Positions 40,616 through 54,460 of a DNA stretch of 64,000 nt are shown piece by piece (position 1 is the first letter of the stretch; every line of letters starts with the position of its first letter). Below the pieces are notes generated by a model. The model made no database searches and was not told the origin of the DNA. It saw nothing but the letters and a program-made list of their open reading frames with translations. Position numbers and translations under genes: made by a program. The stretch is from the human T2T-CHM13v2.0 reference genome, Homo sapiens, in the NCBI RefSeq assembly GCF_009914755.1, contig NC_060947.1; one strand, written 5' to 3'.

Positions 40616-42317
40616 CTCTAAAGTGCTGGATGAATAACCTGCTCCCTTCTACCTTCCATTGACTCTTTCTACTCAGTCAGATAAGTTAACTAACCAAATA
40701 TGAAAGCAGTGATTTTTAAATTTGGCACCTGAATTGCCAGGTCAGAACAGTAAATTTCCCTTCCTGATCTGTGCCAGATTAAGAAGAGAAGTTTCTTTCT
40801 TGGTTGAAAAAAAAAAAAAAAAAAAAAAGAAGACTGGATGTCTCCTGGCAGGGAAGCAAAATGAGAAATCCGCTTTGCAGCCTCTTCAGCCAGCCAGATG
40901 CCTGAGCCCCCAGTAAGACTAAAAGCAAACCTATATTAGAATCCTGGGGAATATGGGCAACATGGCTGACTTGACACGTCAGGTTGAAAGCTGCCACTGA
41001 GGGACCACGATGGCTGGCATACTCAGATTTCAGAGGGAAGGCACAAAGCCATTTTACAAATGAGCCGGAGTGACAAAACATTATCACCTGGAAGGGTCAT
41101 CTAATTTATGGAAATGGGTGCCCTCCTCCTCCATCTATCCCAAACACATCTCTTTAAAACAGCAGCTTTCTTTCTACCTTACCCCATTCCCAATCCTGCC
41201 ACTTGTTTGCCAATTTATGATGCAAACTGTTATAATGTTACTTGGCACTCATAAAATGTTATTTTTTGTGCAGCCTTTTACACAGAGGTAGCCAGGCTGG
41301 TTTTCTGGAGAAGGGACTTGTACATGCCTTTGGTGCTTTTTGTTTGTTTGTATCAGAAGTTCTTGTTTTTCTTTGCAGATTTTAGATCAACTTCTAGTCT
41401 GTTTCTGGAACCTCAGCAGTTTTGTATTTCTAGGCTCTATAAAATATAGAGTTACTCCAAAAAATCAGTCAGGTCTGCTTTATCTCTGATATAACAATAG
41501 ATCATCTCAGAGATTTTGGGAAACTATGTGTGTGGGAGAGAAAGGTTTATGCTTTAAATTTTTTTGCTCAGAGGACTATGCTATGTAGACAAGTTCAATA
41601 AATTTACACTAGACATTCTGTGACAACTATACAAGCTATTTTTCGAAATTGTAAAATTTCAGTTTGTCACAATATTTGTAGATTATAGTAATCATTTATT
41701 TTATTGGAGAGACTAAGAGTTGACCAGAAACTCTTTACCTCCATCCCCTTTCTTCCTTCATTCTACCACATATTTGTAAATAAATAAATACATAAATTAT
41801 ATATTCATGTACAATCTTGTCTTTTTGAATAAAAAAGAAATAGTGGAATCAATCTGATGATTCGAAATCTTACAGGGCTTTAAGGTTACCAGTGTACATA
41901 TCAAATATCATTGCATATGTTATAGATAGACACATGATGGTGGCTATTCTAGATACTGAGGAGACAACAGTGAGCAAATAAAAATCAGAAAAAAGTCACT
42001 ACCCTCAAAAAGATTCAATTGTACTGGAATAAAATATTTAATAAAATAAATAATTATATTATATTGTATATTAAATGGTGCTTAATTTTACAGAACAAAA
42101 TAAATTGTCTCAATGAGGTAGAAATAGGGGTGCAGGTTGCAGTGTTAAATGGGATGGCCAGTATAGGTTTCACAAAGAAGATACCATTTGAGCAAATCAT
42201 ACAGGTGGCAATCTCAAGTGAAATGCATAAACACTCTAAAACACACCTTGTAAAGCATTTTGTTAGTTCTAAATTTTTATTTGACTTTTTTTCTTATTAA
42301 GCTTATTACATTCTCTA

Positions 42318-45070
42318 CAGTTTGAATATCGCTTATCTGGAATGCTTCAGACCAGACATGTTTCCATTATTGGTCCATTCTTGCATTGCTATAACAAAAC
42401 ACCAGAAACTGAGTAATTTATAAAGCAAAGAGGTTTAATTGGATAATGGTTCTTCAGTCTGTACAGGAAATATGATACTGGCATCTGCTCAGCTTCTGAA
42501 GTGGCCTCAGGAAACTTTCAATCATGGCAGAAGGCAAAGGAGAAGCAAGCCTGTCTTGGCACACATGTTTAAATAACCAGATCTCATGAGAACTGACTCA
42601 CTCACTATCATGAGAACCGCACCAGGAGATGGTGCTAGACCGTTCATGAGAACTTTCCCCCAGTGATCCAATCACCTCCCACCAGGCTGCATCTCCAACA
42701 CTGGGGATGACAGTTTGACATGAAATGTAGGTAAGGACACAGATCCAAACCATATCATTCTGCCCTGACCCCTCCCAAATCACATGCCCTTCTCACATTT
42801 CAAAATACAATCATGCCTTCCCAACAGTACCCCAAAGTCTTAACTAATTCCATCATTAACTCAAAAGTTTGCAGTCCAAAGTCTTATCTGAGACAAGGCT
42901 AGTCCCTTCTGCCTATGACCCTGTAAAACAAAAACAAGTTAGTTACTTCCAAAAAACAATGAGGGTATAGGCATTGGGTAAATACTCCCATTCTGAAAGG
43001 GAGAAATTGTCCAGAAGAAATGGGCTACAGGCCCCATGCAAGTCTGAAACCTAGCAGCGCAGTCATTAAATCTTAAAGCTCCAAAAGAGTATCCTTTGAC
43101 TTCATGTCTCACATCCAGGGCATACTAGTACAATAGGCTCCCAAGGCCTTGGGCAGATCTGCCCCTGTGCTTTGCAGGGTTCAACCTCCACGGTTACTCT
43201 CAAGGGCTAGTGTTGATTGCCTGTGGCTTTTCTAGGTTCATAGTGCAGGCTGTTGGTGAATCCATAAGTCTGGGTTCTGGAGGATGGTGGCCCCCTGTCA
43301 CAGCTCCACTACTAGGCAGTGCCCCAATGGGGACTCTGTGTGGGGGCTCCAACTCCATATTTCCCTTCTGCTCTGCACTCGTAGAGGTTCTCCATGAGGG
43401 CTCCACCCCTGCCACAGGCTTCTGCCTGGGGAACCAGGCTTTTCCACACATTCTCTAAAATTTAGGCACAGGCTCCCAAGCCTCAGCTCTTGCACTCTGT
43501 GCTCCTGTAGGCTTAACACCACATGAAAGCGGCCAAGGCTTATGGCTTTTTCCTCTAAAGTATCAGTCCTGGGTCCCTTTTAGCCATGGCTGAAGGTGGA
43601 GTGCCTGGGATGCAGGGAGCAGTGTTCTGAGGCTACACAGGGCTGTGTGGCCCTGGGCCTGGCCCACGAAATCATGTTTTCCCTCCTAGGCCTCAAGGCC
43701 TGTGATGGAAGGGGCTGCCAGGAAGGTCCCTGAAATGCCTTTGAGGCATTTTCCCTATTGTCTTGGCTATTAACATTTAGCTCCTCTTTACTTATGCAAA
43801 TTTCTTCAGCCCACTTGAATTCCTCACCAGAAAATGGGCTTTTTTTTTTTTCCTACACATGACCAGGCTGCAAATTTTCCAAACTTTTATGCCCTGCTCC
43901 CCTTTTAAACATAAGTTCCAGTATCAGGTCATTTGTTTGCTCACACATAAAAGCATACACTGTTACAAGCAGCCAGGCTACATCTTGAACACTTTGCTTT
44001 TTAGAAATTTCTTCTGGCAAATACCCTAAATCCTCACTCTCAAGTTCAAAGTTCCACAGATCCCTAGAGCAGGCACACAATGCAGCAAGGCTCTTTGCTA
44101 AAGCATAGCAAAAGTGACCTTTCCTCCAGTTTCCAATAAGTTTCTCATTTCCATCTGAGACCTCCTCAGTCTGGGCTTCGTTGTCCATATAACTATAAGC
44201 ATTTTAGTCACAACAATTTAAAAAGTCTCTAGAAAGTTCCAAACCTTCCCTCATCTTCCTGTCTTTGACCTTCTATATTCCTCCAATCTCTTCCTGTTAT
44301 CTAGTTCCAAAGCTGCTTCCACGTTTTTAGGTATCTTTATAGCAATACCCCACTTCTGGTACCAATTTTCTGCATTAGTCTGTTCTTGCACTGCTATAAA
44401 GAAATACTTGAGACTGGGTAACTTATAAAGAAAACAGGTTTAATTGGCTCACAGTTTCACAGGCTGTACAGGAATCGTGATGCTGGCACCTGCTTGGCTT
44501 CTGGGGAGGCCTCAGGGAACTTTCAATCATGGTAGAAGGCAAAGGGGAAGCAAGCATGTCTTATATGACCAGAGCAGGAGGAAGAGATAGATGGGGAGGT
44601 GTCATACACTTTTAAATAACCAGATCTCTTCACTCACTCACTGTCTTGAGAACTCCACTCCCATGATCCAATCACCTCACACCAGGCCTCATCTCCAACA
44701 CTGAGGATTTTTGACGTGAGATTTGTGTAGTGACACAGGTCCAAACCATATCATTTTTAATTTTGGGTTTTTCAGATTTTGCAGTATTTGCATATACATA
44801 ATTAAATATGTTGGGGATGGGACTCAGGTCTAAACATGAACTTAATTTACTTTTCATATACACCTTATAAACTTAGCCTGAAGGTAGTTTTATAAAATGT
44901 TTTTAATAACTTTGTGCATGAAACAAAGTTTTTATTGTATTTTGACTGTGATCTGTCACATTATGTCAGGTGTGGATTACTCCACTTGTGGCTTAATGTC
45001 TGAGCTCAAAAAGTTTTGAATTTTGAAGCATTTCAGATTTTAGATTTTCCAATAAGGGATCCTCAACCTG
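42318..45070. mobile_element. Tigger4/MER46-like transposon split by an MST element
   Basis: TIRs cagtttgaatatcgcttat (42318) and ataagggatcctcaacctg (45070), each next to TA. Confidence 0.75.
42366..44753 (-). mobile_element. Complete MST (ERVL-MaLR) element: LTR, internal region, LTR
   Basis: Two similar LTRs (~42366-42756 and ~44371-44753, both ending ccaaaccatatca) flank ~1.6 kb of MaLR internal sequence (DNEAQTEEVSDGNEKLIGNW.KGHFCYALAK). Confidence 0.92.
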
Positions 45071-45135
45071 TAGAAGGGGAAATCTAGTTAACTGTCCTTT
45101 CATTGAGATTTTCCTATATGAAAAATAGGAAAGAA

Positions 45136-45362
45136 CAGTGCTTCCCAACCAGTATTGACATTTGGCCAGATAATTCTTTGTTGGGAATCCAGTGGTGATC
45201 GGGGGTGAAGGGCTTTCTTTCCTATGCTTTGTGGGCGTTTTGCAACATCACTGGCCTCTACCACTAGATGTCAGCAGTATGTAGTCTTGACAATCAAACA
45301 TGTCTGTAGCTATTGCCATATGTCCTCTGGGCAACAAAATTGCTCCTGGTTAAAAACCACTG
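45136..45362. mobile_element. MER20-like hAT MITE
   Basis: cagtgcttcccaacc...catcactggcctctaccactagatgtcagcag...ggttaaaaaccactg. Confidence 0.75.
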
Positions 45363-45559
45363 ACCTGTGTCTTCAGGCCTTCAATGACTTGGAAAGCAAA
45401 AGTGGGCTAATTTAAGGTGAAGCTGGGCTCATCCAGTTTTTACCTAGAGAAGGGTATTTCCAAACATTGTGTTTCATGAGGTGTTAATAGATGCTTAGGT
45501 TGTCAAATATATGACTATATACTCCTCTTTCACTTCTGTAAATTTTCAACTACCATTTA

Positions 45560-45800
45560 TTTAATAAACATTTATATTGCATTTACTTTGGATCAGAAAT
45601 TATTCTATCAATTTTGCTAATAGTAGTTCATTAATATTTATAACAGCCCTAAGAGGTAGGTGTTACTATTATCCTAACTTTATAGATAAAGAAACTGAGG
45701 CATAGAAAGGTTAAGCAACTTTCCCAGGGTTCTACAAATCATAGAGCAGGGATTCAAACCCAAGCAATCAGGCTCCAGTGTATTTTGCTCTTCATTATGC
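45560..45800 (-). mobile_element. MIR
   Basis: tatagataaagaaactgaggcatagaaaggttaagcaact...ggattcaaacccaagc. Confidence 0.8.
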
Positions 45801-45964
45801 TCTCTGCTTCCTATCTTGACATATAACATATGTTAATATTTACTATTCGCATATTTTTTATTTTAAAAAATTCCACAGGATTTTGGGACACAGTTGGTAT
45901 TTGGTCACAAGAGTAAGCTCTTTAGCGGTGATTTGTGAAATGGGGTCTGAGATGTTCTGCTCTA

Positions 45965-46156
45965 AAAGATTTAGCAAGTTAAAAATAAAGGAAAACTGTG
46001 CCCTGTGAAATATGAGTTTCAGATAAATGAGACACCAATTTTTAGTCTAAATCTGTCCTATGGAATATTTTGGACATAATTATATTAAACAATGATTTGC
46101 TGTTTATCTGAAATTCAAATTCCACAGAGCACCCTGTAATGTATCTAGCAATCCTA
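45965..46156. mobile_element. MER53-like palindromic MITE
   Basis: Inverted arms tttcagataaa / tttatctgaaa around tgtcctatggaatattttggaca. Confidence 0.7.
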
Positions 46157-49100
46157 GCTTTAAGGAAAATTGTTAAATATTGTTTAGGCCTGTTTTCTCA
46201 ACACTAATTTGAGCAACGAAGCTTTTCTTGTTAGAACACCTAATATCACGTGGAAGTTCTGTGGGGCTTTAGTCTAAGGACAGTGGGAATGCCTTTCAGC
46301 TAGAGAGTGAACAGATTATTAAGGGTTCATTCCAAAGTACAGTGATCTCTTCTTTGAACTCCTAGAGGCAAATAACAATCTATGCCACATGAACATGATT
46401 CAAGCTTAAGTGTCCACTGTTTTCCTAAATAATGTATCCGCTCCTTAATGACAAGAACTGGGTGTCATACTTCTTCCAAACCTTTTACTGGACATAATAT
46501 TTGTTATTGGAATAACATTTTGTCTGAAAGATGACTGAATTCCAATACATGATTTATAAAGGAGCCTGTTATGTGAAATTGCTAATCTAAGGATCCACAG
46601 CAAATGAGCATAATTGGTTTTAGAGTATCTGTGTCACTTTCTCAGGCTGGTACGTCTTCATTCCTTTGCTACTAGCTTTCTGTTTTCATTTATCTGTATT
46701 ATTTTTATTTCATCTCCTTAAAGAAATACAACAATTTGGGGATCAAGCTTTTCCACATTTGATGATGGCAATACTTGAGGAGTCATTGAAGCTATGTACA
46801 CTTCCTTATATTCACACAAGTCACATTACACAGCAGTTGGTCATTTTATTGTTGTAATTGTTCCTCAGTTTGTTAGAGGGAAGCAGGTGTCTCACTTGTC
46901 CTGAATGTAATAATAATGACATTGCCAAAAAAAAAAAAATGGGTCACCTGGGACAATAGTATTTAGGGAAAAGATCTCAAATAAAATAATAAAGTATAAT
47001 TTACTTGATAACGAATAAAACTGATGACCTGGTAGGTAGCTACAATTTTCTACTGCTGAGTTAGTCAGCTGTGTTGTTTATATTCCTGTATCACAATCCT
47101 TAAAGCCCAGAGGAGACACACTCCATGCAAAATGGGAAAATAAGCATTAGAGTCATGTAGAGAGCCTCTAGCAGCCTGGACTTAATTTTCTGGGTGATTT
47201 TTCTATTTTGAGTATTCACTATATATTTATCTTTTTTTCCTACAAAAGTTCTTGTCAACTTTTATATCTATTCATCTGGGCTCTACGAAATAAGTTAAAA
47301 TGGAGCTTATTCTCTAAGTGGATGCCCAAGTGCTATTACAAAGTATGGCAGGTTTAACAAACAGGCTTAATAAAAGTGGTTTCCACTTTGCTTTAATAAG
47401 TGAAGAGATCACTCATGTCCTTGACTAGATGGCAGTTCTCCTATTCTTACTTTGTAGTTTATACTATTATGTTCTATGTGCTGATAAAGGTTTTACTATT
47501 TACATTTTGAATACCAGCTTTTTAAATAAAAAAAATCAAAATCCTTTTTCCTGGGTTTAATAAGAGATGCTCTTATTTAACCAATAGCCTATGTTTCTAG
47601 AACTTGCCCATTTAAAATTGTATTGCCAATTAGGATTTTTCAACCCTATCTAGTAAACTCCTACATAACAGTGCACTTATTTAAATTCTGAGCAAAATTC
47701 AGATGCTGTTCAGATGTAAAAATATATTACAAGATTGAAATTGATTTCCAGTTCATTTACCATTCATTTTTGTAGCAAACGAGTTAAATAGGAAAAAAAA
47801 ATCTGATGTATGGTTTGACAGTTTCCTCTTGCATACACTAAAACATAATACACTTCTACTGCTTTTGGGCTATTATGGACCTTAACATGCAATGTGACCT
47901 TGGTGTGAAAAGCATGTTTGGTTAGCACAGAAACTTAATCATAAGAAGTCATAAGTAGAATCCTTCTTCTTTATGGCCCTTTTTCTAGGACTAGGAAATT
48001 TATTGCTTGTGGGACAGGTAGGATATGAACAATGGGCCAAATAGAGTCCAGGGTTATCTCATCCATGTTAAAACTGCTGCTGAAAATCGATGTGACCTCT
48101 GCTACACTGTCATCCCAGTTCCCACCCTCTGTGTCCTATTTGTCTTTTGATAGAAGCTTAGATCCGTGTGCTGTCTCTCTGTGTCTCTCTTGAGCCACAT
48201 TATCAAAATGAATCATTGCCTGCATACCTCTTATATTTCTATTTATTCTCCTGGTGTTGACTAGGTCTGATGAAATATGATTCTTTTTGTATTTGATCCT
48301 CACTGCAGCAAGCAACACCTAATTCAGCTGTGTCTATCTCTTTAAAGAAGAGTAATACTATTTTGAAACTCCAATTTACTGTACAGCAACATTACAAACC
48401 ATAGACCATGCAACCTGTCTTCATCGTCAATATAATTTTCCTTTCAGCCAATTTAATGGCATTTTTTTCATCTTCAAATAGAAGACTTCCAACAAATTTA
48501 ATGTAGTTATAATTTTGTTTTCTGCATACTGAATGTATTGCTTTCCTTTTCAGCTATCTTGTTTGTAAAGCAATCCTCAGAGTCTCACCACTGAGGTTAT
48601 ACATATGTGTAGGTGATATGTAACAATGAATTCATTATTTTAAGAACTCTCTCCTTGACACAAAATATTTATTCAGGGAAATGATTATATTGTCTCTGAA
48701 TCAGCAAGAAGTTAATGTTATAACTTCGTAGCACTTCATTTTATAATAGTAGCTTTTCCAGGCTACATAAATTAATACTTTAAGATTTATAAACATCAGT
48801 ATAAAAGTACAGAACCTTTCCAGCTATTATAAATATTGATATATCATCATTATAAAGTCATTCCATCCACTTAATGCATTCACGTGGAGAAGAAAAAATA
48901 CTACTTAAATGTAGACATCAAACAATGCAATTGAAGCATAACACTGTGGTTAATTGTTGAGAAATGTGCCTTAGAAACCTTAGATCTGCTGCCTAAGACA
49001 TGTTTTAATAGTGTTTTTATGAGATAATACTTCAAAAGAAACCATGTAGCTGAATAAGGTCACAGAATTTGTGATAATGTGCTGATTCTCTCTGGAATAA

Positions 49101-50279
49101 TTTACCTCTTCTAAACCTACCACTGACTTTATAAAAAAAAAAGTAGAGAGGCAAATGTCTTGTAAGAGTTTAGCGTTAATTTTAAATAGAGTTACGTAAC
49201 TAGAGTATGAAAATAAACTACGAGTGAGTTGTAGAAAACATTTGCATCTGTGAACAAAATATTGTTTTCAAAGCTTTACTAAAAAATAATTCCTAGGAAG
49301 TTATTCTCATAGCTTTCTGTGCTAAAGAAAATTAATGGTATAGTTCATGCATTTTATTGAATTATTTAAGGTCAATAAACAAATGCTCTTTTTAATATTT
49401 GGATTCAAACAGTGTGAAACTGTTGACTCTAATATAATCATATAGCATTTTTTTAAATTGCTATTGGTTTGGAAAAATAAAAAATGTAAAGGTGATATAT
49501 AGTAAGAGCCTTTTATTCAGAGATAGTACTAAATAATCTCACTGAAGTTTCCCACAAATGAATGGCACAACTTGCCACACAAGAAATTCCACAGCAAAAG
49601 GTAACTGTTAAATTAATGGGGCTCAAGACTCTGCACACTGCATATGTAGGCTGCTTGCAATAGGAAAATGAAGTCCATATTCCATACCTATAGGAACCAG
49701 AACCAATAGACATCTTTTTTTGTTTCCAAACCATGTGAAATTGGTTATGTCTAGATTTAAGCCAAGTCTTTTTTCTTGAGTGAGTCTCATTAGAATATAT
49801 GGAGTCACTGAATGTTTTTTCTGACCAGAGAGATGCATACTTTTTAAACTTTGCCTGTGCTCTCTTGCTGAAATTAAGATACTCCAGTGAGCAGCATAAC
49901 TGTTTGAGGTGCTATGATTCACCCCATCATGCACTGCTGATGAACTCAACTAAGAGTAACTGAATTTCTTTCGTTAACATCCCGAGATTACCTCTCTGTG
50001 GCAGTTTCTTTTTACATACGTAGTTACAGAAGAAAATTTATCTAATTCGTACAGGTCATATGAAAGACTGTCAGCCAGAATAACCAAGTATTCAGGGTTC
50101 TCAAAGTAGGAGGGGATTCCCTTTATAATTAGGTATATCTGTTTTAAAGCAAATATAAAACATATTTATAAACAAAAATTCTACTCATAGCTCTTTATAG
50201 AGTAATGAGAATATTGAAGAATACAACATAAAAATAAAAGAGAGAATAGATGTAACTTGTGATTTTATGTCATACGTGT

Positions 50280-50755
50280 TATTTTCTGATAAGGGATATT
50301 CCATGAAATAAAAAGTAACACTGGAAACAATCCAAATAGTCATCAACTAGAAAATGTTTAAACGCAAGCTAGTATATTCATGAAACAAAATACTATTCAG
50401 CAATAAAAATAAACTACTGATACCTGCCACAACATGGATAAGCTTAAAAAACATGCTAAGAGAAAGAAGCCAGGCACAAAAAAACCATGTATCGTAGGAT
50501 TCTATTTATATGAAACATTCAGAAAAGGCAAATCTTTGGAGATAAGGCAGATTAATGGTTTTTAGGGGCTGAGGTGGGAAAGAAGATTAACTGTAAATGG
50601 ACATGAGGAGTCTTTATAGGGGAAATTAAGATGTTCTAAAATAGATTTGTGGTAATGATTAGACAACTCTAGAAATTTACTAAAAATGAAGTGTATACTT
50701 AAAATAGGTGAATTTTATTGTATGTAAATTATTTTTTGATAAAGCTGTTAAAATA
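50280..50755 (+). mobile_element. Old L1M 3' fragment
   Basis: ctggaaacaatccaaat...gaaagaagccaggcacaaaa...gattctatttatatgaaacattcagaaaaggcaaatc. Confidence 0.78.
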
Positions 50756-51135
50756 ATCAAGATAAATAAATTGATTGATTAATAGATTTAGAGAGGAAAA
50801 AATAAAATGTTGCTTGTTTTTCCAGGAAGTGATCTGAATATTTAATTTATAGATATTCATAAGCACATATTGTCAATTGTATGTATCTTAAATTTTTTCT
50901 CCAGATTTCATACCTCTTTAGCCATAAGCATTGTTTCAGTTTCACAAGTTCTTTACTGAAATATTTATTTTTTGAAATTAGAGGCAGCTGGAGAATAAAT
51001 ATGACTTCTAATTATGAGAATGTCAGTCATTTAGTTTTAGAAACAAAATCTTTATAGATGCTTAGTAGAGGTGGCTTAGTGAGACTTTTGAGCTCTTAAT
51101 CTGTGAACCTTCTGATACTAATTTTGTTTTTGCAG

Positions 51136-51284
51136 AAGAGGTACCAGTTCAAATTCCAATAATGAAGTCACCCTTGGACAAGATACAGCTGACTCCTGGG
51201 CAGGCATTGCCCGCTGGATTCCCTGGACCATTCATTTTTGCTGATAGTCTGTCCTCCGTGGAGACTCTGTTGACCAACATTCAG
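51136..51284 (+). CDS. DACH2: DACH2 coding exon (start of DD2/Dachbox-C region)
   Basis: Acceptor ttttgtttttgcag ends at 51135 and donor GT is at 51285. Translates (E)EVPVQIPIMKSPLDKIQLTPGQALPAGFPGPFIFADSLSSVETLLTNIQ. The SSVETLLTNIQGLLKVA motif is the Dachshund DD2 signature. Confidence 0.95.
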
Positions 51285-51409
51285 GTCAACAATATTTCTA
51301 TAAACAAAATAAATGTAATACAAGACATTAGCACCTACATATATTATTTTATATTTGATAAATTAAAACAGATAAGATGAACTGCATGTCATTTCCTGTA
51401 CCTTGACAG

Positions 51410-51557
51410 GGTCTGCTGAAAGTTGCTTTGGATAATGCTCGCATCCAGGAGAAGCAGATTCAACAAGAAAAGAAGGAGCTGCGACTGGAGCTCTATAGAG
51501 AGAGAGAAATTAGAGAAAACCTTGAAAGACAACTTGCAGTTGAGCTTCAAAGCAGAA
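51410..51557 (+). CDS. DACH2: DACH2 coding exon (DD2 coiled coil)
   Basis: Acceptor ccttgacag, donor GTAAGT at 51558. Translates GLLKVALDNARIQEKQIQQEKKELRLELYREREIRENLERQLAVELQSR, joined phase-0 in frame to the previous exon. Confidence 0.96.
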
Positions 51558-51639
51558 GTAAGTTTTACAAGTTCAATTACAGAGTGAATATTATGTTGGG
51601 GGTATTTTCAATACTAATGGAAATATTCTCCAAGATATC

Positions 51640-51975
<336 letters not shown>

Positions 51976-52184
51976 TCACTTACCTTGGTCCCCTGGCCAA
52001 CTATATGGTCCTTCGGCTTTGAAACAACTACCTATGTGATCTTTGGTCTTCAGGCTTTGTTCAGGCTTTGAAAACTAGTAGCTATGTTATCTTGGGTAAA
52101 TTTCTTGACCTGTCAAGGACTCAGGTTCTTCATCTATAAAATAGAGATAAAAGTGTTTTTCTTACTTGAAAGTTTATTTTTATG

Positions 52185-52378
52185 ACTGGCAGCACAGTAG
52201 ATTTATTTGCACCAGCATCACCACATACCCACTAGTAATGCATTGCACTAGGACATTAGGATGACTACAGTGTCACTAGGTGATAGGAATTTCGCGCTCC
52301 ATTATAATCTTATGGAACCACCATTGTATATGCGGTCCATCATTGACGGAAATCTCATTATGCAGCCTATGACTGTAT
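52185..52378. mobile_element. Tigger3/MER7-like fragment
   Basis: gtcactaggtgataggaattt...ccattataatcttatgg...attatgcagcctatgactgta. Confidence 0.7.
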
Positions 52379-52967
52379 ATGCACATACAGAGAAAGAGCA
52401 AGAGAGAGGCAGAGAGAGAGAGAGACTGATGATATGTACATTAAACAGACAGATATTTGCCTTTAGAACTGGTAACATTTCAGATAAATGGACACTTGCC
52501 ATTTTCAGTTTTAAAGACTATATTTTGCAACCTAATAGATATTTTCAGGATTATTTTTGCGTTTTGAAATATGAATAGTAATCAGTAACCTGATGAATAA
52601 TAAGAATATTTTTCTTAAGAGGATTACAAAATGTTTAAAGAATCATTAAATGCATATAGAGAGTCAAAGTAGAAGACAATTCTCCACCACCACTACCACC
52701 ATCATACAAATGCATGTGTATTACAGAACATACACTCTGGAAATGTGAAAATAGAAAGAAGTCAGTTGTATGACTGAAATACAGTAAATAAAGCACTCCT
52801 TAGATGACCCTAATGAGCATTAGTACCAAAAGAACGCTAATCATATGTCAAGTGAAATATTTCTATATCTCTCTTTATCTATACTTATATCTGTGGCTTA
52901 TAATTCATCAAAACTGGCATCCCTATTTCATTGCTCAAGTCTTTGCAAACTACCTTTTACATTTCAG

Positions 52968-53114
52968 CTACTATGCAAAAGCGCCTGAAGAAGGAGAAAA
53001 AAACCAAGAGAAAATTGCAGGAAGCCTTGGAATTTGAATCAAAGCGCCGGGAGCAAGTGGAGCAGGCACTTAAGCAAGCCACCACTAGTGACAGTGGCCT
53101 GAGGATGTTAAAAG
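52968..53114 (+). CDS. DACH2: DACH2 coding exon (DD2 coiled coil, basic segment)
   Basis: Acceptor ttttacatttcag, donor GTAATG at 53115. Translates TTMQKRLKKEKKTKRKLQEALEFESKRREQVEQALKQATTSDSGLRMLK. Phase-1 junctions are consistent on both sides. Confidence 0.96.
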
Positions 53115-53855
53115 GTAATGTCTGATTTGGATTTTCACACTCAAGGTAAACAAAGCAAAACTGATTGAAGAAAAATAGAAGAAGGAATAAAAAGAGAGGA
53201 AGGCAGAAAGAAAGGAAGGGAGAGAGGGAAACACAGACATATTTTGTCCAGGAATGATTAAAAAATCAATTTGAGGCCAAGTGTTTTAGATCATGAATTA
53301 AATCCAGTCAAAATAATCACTGTTCAGGAGAAACAAATAGCCTTGGAATAATAGGAAGTCCTACTGACTTTTGCAGTAGAAGCAATAACACTGATAACCA
53401 CCCTGCACCTAAAATGTAGGTGGGTTAGGTCCATTCCTGTTAGAATATGCTGATGTTTGGTGAACTGTATTGTGATTAGCTATACAATGCTTGTTCCTTT
53501 AATGCAGATTGCATCAGTGTTGCCATGCCTAAGGAGTACCAGGTTGAAAAAACATGTTCTAAGTAAATCCCTGCAGATCCTGTAAATGGAGATGCTTGAA
53601 TTATGAAAGATCTTAATTCCAAACTTTTCTGCTTCCATTTTTAATTCTGAGGCCTCATAACATTGTTTCATCTCACTCAGACCCAATTTCAAGTAAATGT
53701 TCAAGTAAATATGTACACACACAAACAGAACCTTTTTACATCAAAATTACTAGCTTTTACCTGAACAGCACAATCATAAAACATTTGTCCCTAGAGCCAG
53801 TACTACATGAAGACCACAAACCATAATGAGTATTTTGGTATTCAGTTGCACTTAC

Positions 53856-53950
53856 TATATATATATATACACACACATATATGTATATACACATATTTAT
53901 ATATATACACATATATATAAATATGTGTATATATATGATTATATATATAT
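53856..53950. repeat. (TA)n/(CA)-mixed low-complexity repeat
   Basis: Directly visible. Confidence 0.85.
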
Positions 53951-54313
53951 CATAAATATTATCAATCACATCTTACAAAGGGAACATATACCATGAGGAT
54001 GGGGGCAAGTTAACCTGATAGTCTTAGGAGGTTTTAATGGACAGACTATTTTCCTAAGATTTATTTTTAAAGAATAAAAAAAATAGAGGTATTTACAATA
54101 TACCTAGAAATATATGCTCAATTGTAAAATTCAGCTGCAGTTTATAATCATCCCTCCTACCATTAAAAACAAACAGACATACAAAAAACAAAAATGCCAC
54201 CCAAGGTCTTACGTTATCTATAGGACCAAAGTACTGGCTTACTGGAGTTTTCCCTTTAAATGGAATCAGGAACCACCTAATTGTATATTAATCTTGCATG
54301 TCATTTATTTCAG

Positions 54314-54379
54314 ATACTGGAATTCCAGATATTGAAATAGAAAACAATGGGACTCCTCATGATAGTGCTGCTATGCAAG
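54314..54379 (+). CDS. DACH2: DACH2 small coding exon near the C-terminus
   Basis: Acceptor tttatttcag, donor GTACAG at 54380. Translates DTGIPDIEIENNGTPHDSAAMQ(G) in frame with the preceding exon, matching my recollection of the DACH2 C-terminus. I did not find the canonical terminal exon in this window. Confidence 0.9.
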
Positions 54380-54428
54380 GTACAGTCAACTGAAAACTTC
54401 TTTCTTTGACTGCTTAATATGTGACCCC

Positions 54429-54460
54429 TGGGGATGAGGTGGGGATGAGGTGGGGATGAG
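54429..54460 (+). repeat. 11-bp tandem repeat (TGGGGATGAGG), ~3 copies
   Basis: tggggatgagg tggggatgagg tggggatgag. Confidence 0.9.

Noticed and set aside
45990-46135. Long hairpin that could be a miRNA precursor
   Set aside because: It is explained by the palindromic MER53-type MITE, and the arms are heavily diverged.
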